Positions 38,214 to 49,794 of a stretch of DNA of 64,000 nucleotides are shown in pieces. A model generated the notes under the pieces. That model searched no databases, was not told where the DNA came from, and worked only from the letters and a program-made list of their open reading frames with translations. Both the position numbers and the translations under genes were made by a program. Source of the stretch: Phaeosaccion multiseriatum (Eukaryota > Protista > Ochrophyta, other classes); contig OZ218958.1 of the NCBI GenBank assembly GCA_965112735.1, positions 992,001 to 1,056,000 on the forward strand, read 5' to 3'. Position 1 is the stretch's first letter. The number at the start of each line of letters is the position of its first letter.

Positions 38214-41200
38214 CTACTGCTGCGGTGCACCACCTGCTGCTGTATCACCAACTGCTGCTGCTGCAGCCCGAATGGCGAGATGGCGGCGACTTGCGGCAGC
38301 GATTACAAGGTAAGAAAAGAAGAGACCAGAGGGCAAGGACAGAGAGAAGAAAGACGAGAGGAATAAGACCAGAGAAAAGAGTCATCATACCTCCCCCCCC
38401 CCCCTGATCCCTCTGAGACAGATCTGGCTGTATGACGGAAAGACAGGGAACCCAACCAAGCAGCTGTCACCCTCCTCCTCTGGCGACGACCATACCGGTA
38501 GTGTGTACTCCCTTGCCTGGACCGCTGACTCCTGCCGCCTCGCTACGGCCTCTGCTGACAAGACAGTCAAGCTCTGGGATGTGGTGGGGGGGGAGTGCGT
38601 CTTCACGTGGACCTTCGGCACCCAGGTGAGTTGAGTGAGTGGTTGGGTGGTTGGGTGGTGGGTGGGTGGGTGAGTGAGTGAGTGAGTGAGTGAGTGAGAG
38701 TGAGTGAGTGAGTGAGAACGAGTGCGTGAGTGAGAGTGAGTGAGTGAGAGTGAGTGAGTGAGTGAGAAAGAGTTGCGTGAGTGGTTGAGCGACAAATACT
38801 TTTTCCTGCCCTGCCCTTGACCCACGCAATATTCCCTCACAGGTTGGCGACATGCAGGTGTCTGTGGCCTCTCTCAACGGCCTCAGAGGGTACGGCTTCG
38901 CCTCCGTGTCTCTGTCGGGCAACATCAATCTCCTCAAAGAAGGGGAGCCCAGCACCCCCCCTCCGCCACCGTGCAGGCACATCAAGTAAGTACGAGTACA
39001 TGAAAGAGTTGGTGATACACAGAGGGAGAGAGGAAGAGGGAGGGAGAAGTGGGACACACAGACAGACGGAGGCAGGAGATTTGCATATCATTGACCTCCT
39101 CCTCCTCCTCCCCCTCTTAAGGTTTCCATCACCGCGCTTTGTCCGACGGTGGACCCTACGACGGGCGACGGGCTATTTCTTGTCGGGCTCCTTTGACGGG
39201 GTTGTGATTGCGTGGGATCCTGCCTCCTTGAGAGGTTCGAGGCTCACCGCGCAGGTGCGAAGAGAGAGGAGGAGGAGGAGGAGGAGGAGGAGGAGGAGGA
39301 GGAGGAGGAGGAGGAGGAGGAGGAGGAGGAGGAGGAGGAGGAGGAGGAGGAGGAGGAGGAGGAAGAAGAAGAAGGGTCACTTGCTATGAACTGTCCCGAG
39401 GGGTGTATTTCAACCCTCCTCCCCCCCCCCCCCTCCCTCTCTCCCCAACCAGAGCGGCGGCTGGAGCAGCAGGGCGGCGGTGTGCGGAGCAGCCCACACC
39501 AATAAAGTGTCAGGCATTGCCCTGTCCGCCGCCGGAGTGGTGTCTGTCGGGTGGGATGACATGGTCCGGGTCGGGTCTGTCTCCACGGGAGAGGGGGGCG
39601 CGTATGTGAGCTGTGCGGCCACGAACGGACAGCCTTGTGGCGTGTCGGCTAGCCCTGCCTCCAGTTTGGCGGCGGTGGTGAGTGGACGAAGGGAGGGAGG
39701 GAGGGAGGGAGGGAGGGAGGGAGGCAGGCAGGCAGGCAGGCAGGGAGGGAGGGAGGGAGGGAGGGGGGGAGGGAGAGAATGGATGAGGGAGTAGGTGATT
39801 TGGTTGAGAGAGGACGTGATTAAGTAACGTGAGGGAGTGAGTGAGTGAGAGAGTGAGTGATTGAGTGAGTGAGTGGATGAGTGGGTGAGTGAGTGAGTGA
39901 GTGAGTGGGTGAGTGATTGAGTGAGTGAGTGAGTGAGTGAGCGGATGAGTGAGTGAGTGAGTGAGTGAGAGAGTGAGTGAGTGAGTGGATGAGTGAATGA
40001 GTGAGTGAGTGAGTGAAGGCGTGCGAAAGGTCAGGCCCTCATGTTTGTCTCTGTCTCTCCCCTCCTCGCTTCGACCTTGCCCCCCCCCCACCCACCCCCC
40101 TGTAAGGCTACCAACAAGGGCATCATGCTGTTCCGCGACTCCTCCGTGTTGTTGGGCATGGAGGTAAGCTACACCCCAACCTGCATTGCTCTCCTTGGAG
40201 AGGAGGAGGTGGCGGTGGGTAGCAGCGACAACAAGATTCACATATACTCTCTCCAGAGCGATGGTCATGACCTCACGGAGACGAAGGTGGTGGAGGGACA
40301 TCGCGGAGCTATCAAGGTTTGTTGGGAGGGAGGGAGGGAGGGAGGGAGGGAGGGAGGTAGGGGGTGAGAGAGGGAGGTGGGTAGTGCTTGTCATGGTTGG
40401 GGAGCGAGCCATCCATCCATCCATCCGCTGCCATCCATCCATCCATCCATCCTGCGTGTTTGGATGTATCTACCCCATTTTCCCTTCCAATCTCTCTCTT
40501 CTTCCCTCTCGCTCTCCCTGCCTCCCACCCTACAGCCCTGCCTGCCTGCCTGCCTGCCTGCGTGCCTGTCTGCCCTCTGCTCGACCTCTGACCTCCCTCC
40601 TCCTCCTCCTCCTCCTCCTTCTCCTCCTCCTCCTCCTCCTCCTCCTCCTCCTCCTCCTCCTCCTCCTCCTCCTCCTCCTCCTCCTCCTCCTCCTCCTCCT
40701 CCTCCTCCTCCTCCTCCTCCTCCTCCTCCTCCTCCTCCTCCTCCTCCTCCTCCTCCTCCTCCTCCTCCTCCTCCTCCTCCTCCTCCTCCTCCTCCTCCTC
40801 CTCCTCCTCCTCCTCCTCCTCCTCCTCCTCCTCCTCCTCCTCCTCCTCCTCCTCCTCCTCCCTCCTCCCTCCTCCTCCTCCTCCACCCCCTCCTCGTGCT
40901 GCTGCTGCTGCTGCTGCTCCTCCCTTCTCTTCCTCCTCCCCTCAGGCGCTGGCCTACTCCCCCGACGGCTCGCACTTGGCCGCAGGAGACGCCGCCAGGG
41001 AGTGTGTCGTGTGGGCGCGTGGAGGCTGGGAAGCGGTGGTGCAAGGACTTTGGCAGTTTCATACGAGCACCATCCTCACCGTCGCTTGGTCTCCGAGCGG
41101 GTATGTGTGTGCATGCATGTGTACGTGTTGTTTGGCTTTTATTTTTACATGGGACTGACTGGGGCAGAAATCTCTTTCTTTCTCTCTCTCTCTCTCTCAC

Positions 41201-41447
41201 TGTTTCTCTCCCTCTCTCTCGCTCTTTCTCTCTTTCTTTCTTTCGTTCTTTCTTTATTCTGTGTTTGCCTCTTTCAAATCTTTCATGTCCCATGTGCGCT
41301 GCTCCCCTGGCGGTTTGCCTTACCCCCGCTGCTGCTACTGCAAGCAGCTCTTCTTGCACGGCTACTACTACCTTTCCTTGGTACTGATGCCCCTTCTTTC
41401 TCCCCCCCTCCCCTCACACACACGCACATTCACTCACACACACTCTT

Positions 41448-41491
<44 letters not shown>

Positions 41492-41699
41492 CCGCGAAGT
41501 GGCCACTGGCGGCCTCGACGAGAACGTGTTTGTGTGGTCCTTGGACCAGCCCCGCCGCCGCATCCACTACCCCTTCGCGAACAAGGACGGGGTGTCAGGA
41601 CTACTGTGGCTCAGTGATGATGACCTCGTGTCGGCGAAAGGAGACCACTGTCTCGCTCGATGGAACGTGGGGCAAGACAGACACAAGCTCACCCAATAG
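37888..41699 (+). pseudogene. 5'-truncated duplicate of WDR1 (3' exons only)
   Basis: Same exons as 26397-30214; 7-bp duplication (CGACGGG) near 39165 shifts the frame; no 5' exons upstream. Confidence 0.88.
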
Positions 41700-42579
41700 A
41701 TGGCAATAGATGGAGTGGAGTGGAGCGGAGAGGAGGAGTGGGGAGGGACGTGTGTGTGTGGGAGGGGAGGGGAGGGGAGAGGAGAGGAGGGAAGGGGGGG
41801 GAGGGGAGGGAAGGGGAGGGGAGGGGAGGGGAGTGTGTGGGGGAGTGTAGAGTTGAGGAGCAATGCAGTCAGTGGAGCGGAGTGTTTGCTTGTAGGGGAG
41901 TGCAGTGGCGAAGAGCGAAAGTGGCGAATGTTTTGGGCTCTGTACACGTGTTGTGCGGGTAGAGTGTGTTTCGTGCAGAGTAACGTATGCAAAGCAAGAC
42001 GATGATGGATACTGAGGACAATCACAAATGGAAAGAGCGACTAGTGCGCGAATTGGTGGTACGGTTACTTCTCGGAACTGTTAAACTCCGCCGTAATTCT
42101 CCTTCAGCCCCAATTCATGCCCCTGAGGAGAGAGTGGGAGGGCAGTGGAGAGGGCAGCGGTGTTGGAGAGTAGGGAGGTCAAAGCAAGCTACAGGAGAGC
42201 CCCGTAACACGATGCATTTGTAGTAGATGCTTCATCCCTTGCGTACACGTACTCTGCTGCGGTCGCAGACCGTGGAAGCTGGCACGTAAGTCGAAGGGCG
42301 GGGAGGGGGCTCTGCTCACCTTGGGCTCTCTGTCCCTGTCCGTCCAGACCCTTCTCCTCCTCCGCTCCTCCTCCGAGGGGCCAAAGCGGTACGAGGGTGA
42401 GGATGAGGAACCTCATCAGTGCTGCCTCCCCCCGATACCTCCCGCCCCCTCTCTCCCACGTCTCCGCCTCGGTCCGCGCCTCACTCCCGTCAGTCGTCGT
42501 CCCCTGACCCTGCCCCTGACAGTGGCTTTGTTTCGTGCGTTGCATTCTCATAGAGCGGCACCTCCTCCGGGCACGTCTC

Positions 42580-42646
42580 CTAGACATCGACATCGCCATC
42601 TTCATCCTCCTCCTCCTCCTCTTCCTCATCGTTCTCCTCCTCCTCC

Positions 42647-42678
<32 letters not shown>

Positions 42679-45120
42679 GTCATCAGCATCGTCGTCGTCG
42701 TCGTCGTCGTCCTCCTCACCATCATAAATAAAAGGGCCATGGTACTCGACCAGAAGTCCCTCGGGACGATCTGCAGGCAGAGTACATCCCCGCCCAACCG
42801 TAAGCTTCCTCAGGCCAGCAGGCAGATTCTCCAAATGGCAAGTGTATTTCCTTCCCAACTGTAGACTCCAGAGCGAAGCAGGCAGGGCCAGAGGGCGGTT
42901 AAAGTCCCGCCCCATCTCCACCTCCTCCACACCGCAAGGAAAGACCACGTGCTGATTGAACCTTGCGCCAAATGTGATCTTCCTCAGCGAAGCGGGCAGC
43001 TCCAGAGGGAGGTTGAAGTCATACCCCATCTCCACCTCCTCCACACCGCAAGGAAGGACCACGTGCTGATTGAAGTGCGAGTACCGGGCAAATGTGATCT
43101 TCTTCAGCGAAGCGGGGAGATCCAGAGGGAGATTAAAGTCCCGCCCCATCACCACCTCCTCCACACCGCAAGGAAGGACAACGTGCTGATTGAACCTTGC
43201 GCCAAATGTGATCTTCTTCAACGAAGCAGGCAGGGCCAAAGGGAGGTTAAAGTCCCACCCCATTTCCACCTCCTCCACACCGCAAGGAAGGACCACGTGT
43301 TGATCAAAGCAATTGCCAAATGTGATCTTCTTCAGCGAGGCAGGTAGGGCCAGAGGGAGGTTAAAGTCATGCCCCATCTCCACCTCCTCCACACCGCAAG
43401 GAAGGACCACGTGCTGATTGAACCTTCTGCAAAATGTGATCTTCTTCACCGAAGCGGGCAGCTCCAAAGGGAGGTTAAAGTCCCACCCCATCTGCACCTC
43501 CTCCACACCGCAAGTAAGAACCACGTGCTGATTGAACCTTTCGCCAAATGTGATCTTCTTCAGCGAGGCAGGTAGGGCCAGAGGGAGGTTAAAGTCCCAC
43601 CCCATCTGCACCTCCTCCACACCGCAAGTAAGAACCACGTGCTGATTGAACCTTTCGCCAAATGTGATCTTCTTCAGCGAGGCAGATAGGGCCAGAGGAA
43701 GGTTAAAGTCATGCCCCATCTCCACCTCCTCCACACCGCAAGGAAGGACCACGTGCTGATTGAAGCATTCGCCAAATTCGATCTTCTTCAGCGAGGCAGG
43801 CAGCTCCAGAGGGAGGTTAAAGGCCCACCCCATTTCCACCTCCTCCACACCGCAAGGAAGGACCACGTGTTGATTGAACCTTGCGCCAAATGTGATCTTC
43901 TTCAACGAAGCAGGCAGGGCCAAAGGGAGGTTAAAGCCCCCCCCCATCTCCACCTCCTCCACACCGCAAGGAAGGACCACGTGCTGATTGAACCTTCCGC
44001 CAAATTCGATCTTCTTCAGCGAGGCAGGCAGCTCCAAAGGGAGGTTGAAGTCATCCCCCATCCACACATCCTCCACACCACAAGGAAGGACCACGTGCTG
44101 ACTGAAACTTTCGCCAAATCTGATTCTCTTCAGCGAAGCGGGCAGGTCCAGAGGGAGGTTGAAGTTCCCCCCCATCCACACCTCCTCCACACCGCAAGGA
44201 AGGACCACGTGCTGATTGAACATCCAGCCAAATGTGACCTTCTTCAGCGAAGGGGGGAGATTCAATGGGAGGTTGGAGTCCCACCCCATCACCACATCCT
44301 CCACACCGCAAGGAAGGACCACGTGCTGATTGAACCTTTCGCTAAATGCGATCTTCTTCAGCGAGGCAGGTAGGGCCAGAGGAAGGTTAAAGTCCCGACC
44401 CATGTGCACCTCCTCCACACCGCAAGGAAGGACCACGTGCTGATTGAACTTTTGGCCAAATGTGATCTTCTTCAGCGAGGCGGGGAGATCCAAAGGGAGG
44501 TTGAAGTCCCGCCCCATCTGCACCTCCTCCACGGTTCTTGGTAATGTGATGTTACCTTGGTTGAAATGGTCCGAGAAACACACACGCTTGACCGATGCCG
44601 GCAATAGCGCCAACGCCTTCGTGACCAGAGCATCGCCAGCAGAGGTCAGATCCAGAGCATGAAAGTAGCTCCTGCTGGGGCCCAGGCGCACAGCTGCAAC
44701 ACCGAACGTGCGTCTCGGTTTGCCTCCCCCAAGGCCTCCCACTCCCTCTCCGCTGCCAACGGCCCCCACCTCTGCCGCTAGAGATGGTGATGCACGAGTG
44801 TGCTTCTCCTCTTCCCGCTGCTGCCACCGGAGGAGACCGAGCATATGCTGTAGGACAGGGGCGGGTACCGCGGAATTCAGCACGAGAGTGCGTGATGTCA
44901 CCTCGTCGAGGGCCCGGCTGACACCCCAAAGTTCCTTGCTCCGCAGTACGGTATCGAGAACACCCCAGGCCGCTACAGTCTGGCTCCTGCTGTCCCCATC
45001 TTGGACGGTGCACGCAGTAGAGGGACCAGGGGCGCTTTGCTGCTGGGGACTGTGAGATATCATCCTCCCCGCCTCTCCCACCTCTCCCTGTTGCCGGCAC
45101 TCCTGAGCGCGGCGTTTCAT
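42580..45120 (-). CDS. FNIP/LRR-like repeat protein copy 2 (846 aa from MKRRAQ, intronless; 14 core units; poly-D/E tail), apparently intact
   Basis: Uninterrupted ORF; N-terminal ~190 aa and C-cap highly similar to copy 1. Confidence 0.88.
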
Positions 45121-45472
45121 TGCTCTTCCCAGTCCTCTAAGCTTTGGGGGAAAGAGAGAACAAAGGGGGGGGGCACCTGGCGCCGCCGTACAAGAGAGCA
45201 AGAGAGGAAGTCAGCTCCTCCCGCCTGCGGGCGTTGGTGCTCCACGATTCACACGGTCGGTACCCTGCCTCCCACAGTGGCGCTGCAGAGAGAGCCCGGC
45301 ACGAACGCAAGGGTTAGGTTTTGAGAGAGATGAACATTTATATATTACACCCTTACAAGGTGGTGCTTCGGGCTGCGCCCTCGGCAGGGAGGAGGAGGCG
45401 AGAAGAGGGTTGGAGTTGGCAAGAAGTGGGAGAAGGGAGAGTGGAGGATAGGAAGGTGAAAAGGGGAGGGGA

Positions 45473-45606
45473 TTATATATTACACCCTTAAGTGCCATCT
45501 ATGGTTGTCTAAAAGTAATGTCTCACCGCCCCGGGGAACTTAGCCCTCGAGGTCGTGTCCCTCTGACTCATCAGTTCTTCCCATTGGAACAAAGTTGATA
45601 CCAGCC
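45473..45606 (-). mobile_element. 134-bp 5'-truncated non-LTR retrotransposon copy with a 14-bp target-site duplication
   Basis: Near-identical to 46233-46350; flanked by AAAAGGGGAGGGGA at 45459-45472 and 45607-45620. Confidence 0.85.
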
Positions 45607-46232
45607 AAAAGGGGAGGGGAGGCAGGAGGAGTAAAAGTAGGAGGGACTCACAGATGGCGAGTGCAGGATGTGGGAGGAGGAGGAGGAGAAGGAGGAGGAG
45701 GAGGAGGAGGAGGAGGAGGAGGAGGAGGAGGAGGAGGAGGAGGAGGAGGAGGAGGAGGAGGAGGAGGTTAGTCTGGCTGCGATGCGTCTCCAGATAACGG
45801 TCTGGCTGCGATGCGTCTCCGGACTTGAGCGGGTGGGCCTGCAGGTAATCCATGCGGGAAATCGGCTGCCGCGTGGAGGAAATGGGTGGGAAGGCAAGAT
45901 AGAGGAGGGGAAGGAGAAGAGGTGGCTGTAGGAGAGAAGACAGACGAAGAGAATTGATGGGCGTGACAGAGAAGCTTACAAAAAAAAAAATAGGCACAGC
46001 GTGTGTGCTGGCCAGAAAGTGCAAGCGGGTGAAAAGTCATCTTCAAGCGGATTTTCCCGCACGAAGGGGGCGCCCAGCGTGCTGGACGAGGTACCGGGGA
46101 GCCTGTACTACAGGAGAAGGCAGTGGGGAGCCGTTCCGGAGGAAAATCGTAGAGGCATATGGTTAGAGCGCTGAGCGTGCAGCATTTTGGCACATTTGGA
46201 GGCGTACGGGTAGAAGAAATCTTATATAGGTC

Positions 46233-46825
46233 TAAGTGCCATCTATGGTTGTCTAAAAGTAATGTCTCACCGCCCCGGGGAACTTAGCCCTCGAGGTCGT
46301 GTCCCTCTGACTCATCAGTTCTCCCCATTGGAACAAAGTTGATACCAGCCAGGATCCTGTGTCGAACCGATCGTTCGTGTCGGGCCCTCTGGAGCGCTAC
46401 GGCTAATCGTCGCCGAATGACGCAAACAGCTCTCGCGTAAGCCCTCATGTCAAGATGTTCGTGCCCCCCAGCCATGTGGGTGGCGAGTGTTTTTATAAAC
46501 ATCTGAGCAGAAGGACCAAATGCGCCTTGCTGTTCTATTGCGAATGGGACGAGGTGGTATCGCGTGGGGTCATAGTGGATGTCCCCACCCTGGCCTTCCA
46601 TGCCTCCCTGTGGCACCCCATACCTGGTCCGCTTGGTCGCTTCAGCCTTCTTGGCTGCCGCGAGTGCCTCCTTCGATGCCTTGGCCCGGTTGGTGGTGTT
46701 GGTGGCATCTGTGAGCGTGACGTCGATCATGAGGGATTTGTGGCCGTCGCCATATTCATGATCGGACGGAAGCTCAAACATCCTGGGGGGAGATGAACAG
46801 ACAAGCAAACCATAGATGGCACTTA
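46233..46825 (-). mobile_element. 3' fragment of an RLE-endonuclease non-LTR retrotransposon (CRE/R2-like group): ORF C-terminus + 3' UTR
   Basis: ORF 46284-46880 has IDVT..D, AA.KAE..K..RY, LVPFAIE..GAFG..A..F, RRRLAVALQRA, the pattern typical of the restriction-like endonuclease end of such elements; its 3' end recurs elsewhere with TSDs. Confidence 0.75.
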
Positions 46826-47383
46826 AAGGCCTCCAACCCCCCAATCGAGTATGCCCAATCTCTGTTTCGGCCCCTGACATGCTTCTGAGACAGGCCAGCC
46901 CAGAAGCAGGAAGCAGACAGAAGCAGGAAGCAGGGTCGCCTCAGACGCAAGTCAGGGGCCGATCTGTTCATAGTTTGTAGGGATAAACATTTACTCCAAT
47001 GCTCTGTTTGCTCTAGTAGCAAGAGGAACAGTAACCGACCCAGTAGGAGCAGTAGGAGCAGCAGCTAAGGAGGTGTCGTGTCGCCTTCAACTGCAGCTCA
47101 GGGTCTGCCGCTGTGGCCTCGCTCAGAGAGGATGAACCCGACCGAGAACAGGACAAACAGGACACTGAAACCGGACACTGGCCCTCCATCCCTCTGAGAC
47201 ATCTCGGTACATGATCGAGAAGCTCGCTGCTCGCACGGACCTCTGTGTTGAGGACAAAAAAGACTCCACAGCCTTGTTGTTGCCTACAGTATTCGGCGTG
47301 TGTTGGTGTGTGCGGCGTGGGTCCGCCCGTCATCGTCATCACCATCACCATCACCGCATCATCAACGGCATCATCCTCCAGCA

Positions 47384-47599
47384 TCAAGGGGGCTTCCACC
47401 ACAGATTCATGACCCATTTGCTCTGTCCGGCGGCGAGGGGCAAACCTGCATGCACAGCCGAAGCGTCCAACACGGCATCAGCCCCTCCACTGCCATCCAC
47501 ACCCCCACCCCCAGTGGGCTTGTGATTGAAAAACACCACCACCGATCCCAGCTTGGGCGTCACAACCACGCCGCCTTCGCCTCGTCTTGCTTCTACTCC

Positions 47600-47644
<45 letters not shown>

Positions 47645-49794
47645 ACCTTCTAGTTGGCCCCCTCCCTCCCCCCCTTCCTCACATTCCTGACCATCATCAC
47701 CGGTATCCACAGCTTCTCCTCCATTGGCAAGCGGAAACCACGTCCCGCCTCCCTCTCCGGGCACGTCGTTGAGATAGGCCAGGGCGGTGAGGTAGCGGGG
47801 GTGGAAGGCTGTGGAGTCGTGGTGTACGTCGAAGCGGCCTCCTTCTTCGTAGTGCACAAGCTGCACGTCCTCGCAGCCCGCCGAGAAGACGCTCCTGGAG
47901 GGAGGGGGATGGCAATGGATGGATGGCAGTGGGTGTGGGGCTAACCTTAGTGTGTTGTGTCTGTGGATATCCCGTGTGAGGGTGGTCGGAGCTACGGGGC
48001 AGGACAAGGAGGTGGAGACTGATGATGGCGACGAAAGGGGGATTACTTACTCTGGCCGAAACGCCAAGATGTTCTCGATTCGGTCTCGAAAGGTGCGGAG
48101 AATGGACTTGCCTCCTCCCACTCCATATGGTAGGAACGCACTCTCACTCACTCTGCGATTACGCACCAATATGTGATGAAGGACAGAGCAGAGAGAGAGA
48201 GAGAGAGGGAGGGAGAGGGGGAGAGGGGGAGAGACAGAGAAAGAGAGAAAAGGGAAAGAGAGAGAGAGACGCTTAGCAAGACAAGTCAGCACAAGGTGGT
48301 CTTTCAGAGCTGCTGCTCTCTGTGGTATTACGCACTGCACCCACACAGAACCACCACCACGAGCATGACAGCAGAGCATGGCGGCCACATACACCCAAAA
48401 ACTCATATACACACATATACGTACATACGCACACACACACGCACTCACGTACCCCTTCTTTCCCGCCATATGCATACCCCCCTGCTGGAGCAGGGAGCAG
48501 CATCGGCTCACCTCGACTTTGACCCTGCCTTCCCCATTACGTGGGAAGCTTCCACCTTGGATTTACCGATGCTGACAATCTCCGCACACTCTGCCCCAGT
48601 GAGGACGCCCTCCACCAATACCACCAAGGGAACAAGGCTCAGGGTGGTGGTCTTGACAGGCCTGCGGTATGAAAGAGAGGAAGGGAGGGAGGGAGGGAGG
48701 GAGGGAGAGACACAACGAAAGCTAAAGGCGTGAGAGAGAGAGATGTAGATGGAGAGACAGAGGGGGGGGGGGTCAGAAACGGAGGGAGCGAGGGAGAGAG
48801 GAGACAGATGGAAACAAAGTACGGGTGAGAGGGAGAGAGGGGACGGCCAGAAGCCGACTGCCTCACCTGGTGAGACCGATCTCGGCGTCAACGGTTCCCA
48901 AACCGTACTGCTCCCCCACGAGCGTATCAGACAGCGCTGAAGTTATCCACAAGAAGTCTTCCCTGCTGCTGCTGCTGCTACTGCTACTGCTGCTACTACT
49001 ACTACTGCTGCTGCTGCTCTCGCCCACTGCTGCCCTCGCTGCCGCCTCCTCCGCTAGTTGGTAGTACTCCTCTGCACCGTTCGGGTCTCCCTTGGACTGG
49101 AGGATGTTGGCCAGTAAGTGCATGCCCTTGATGTAAGCAGCAGCCCCTTCCTCCTCTTTGGCAGCCATAGCGAGTCTGCAGTGGGTTTCTGCATCTGTCA
49201 GCTGGCCTTCCTGGAGCAGAAGGACGCCAAGATTGAATTGGGCATCTGCGTACAGAGGACGAGCAGTCACTGCCATCACGAGGTACAGCAGCAGGGTGAA
49301 GGAGGAGAGGGGAAAGCGGGGGGCAGATGGTGAGGGGCGATTTGTTTCTCACGGCATCGAAGCGGTCCATCCTTTGCACAAATTTTGATTCTCGATGCTG
49401 TCGACGGACACCTACCTGCTTGCCGGAGATAGCCAATAGCGTCCTGCGACTCTCCTCTCTGGATGAGGATCGCGGCCATGTTATTGAGTACCTCAGGCAG
49501 CACTTCCTCCGACCGCTTAACGACCCCTTCATAGTGCTGCAGTGCGTCGGACAGTCGGCCTTCTTGGTGGGCCACGAGCGCATCTCTCAAGATGCTTTGA
49601 GCCCCGCCATCGTCGCTTGACGGTGCCGCGGCTGCTCCTGCAGCTGCTCCTCCTGCTACTGCTGCTGCTGCTGCTCTTGTTGCTGTGCGCACGAGGGAGA
49701 AGGGGCCGAACACGGAGAAGCCTTCACTGATGGGGTAAAGGGCGGAGAGGAGAAGCACGGAGTGGAGCAGTGCAGAGCAGAGCACGACACGCAT
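47384..49794 (-). CDS. TPR-repeat + 2OG-Fe(II) prolyl 4-hydroxylase-like protein, multi-exon, with N-terminal signal peptide
   Basis: TPRs (ALVAHQEGRLSDALQHY, ADAQFNLGVLLLQEGQL..A); P4H motifs L.GAEC.EI, EDVQLVHY..GG.FDVHHD, TALAYLND...GGGT.FP, V.PK.GS.V.F, HAGLP....KWV.NLW. Confidence 0.85.

Larger units (their letters stand above)
37581..45130. repeat. Segmental duplication copy B, beginning in a short run of the 23-bp satellite
   Basis: See copy A; similarity begins at the satellite monomers at 37581-37662. Confidence 0.93.

Noticed and set aside
40186-41709. Long ORFs rich in poly-L/P/G/R/E/H (also 28743-30214, 24124-24699, 36039-36934, 51796-52617, 54496-54973)
   Set aside because: Stop-free translations of intronic trinucleotide microsatellites; only the embedded true exons are meaningful
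43711-44373. Antisense ORFs over the FNIP arrays (HLLHTARKDHVLIE repeats; also 32264-32662, 63418-63993)
   Set aside because: Shadow frames of the repetitive sense-strand gene
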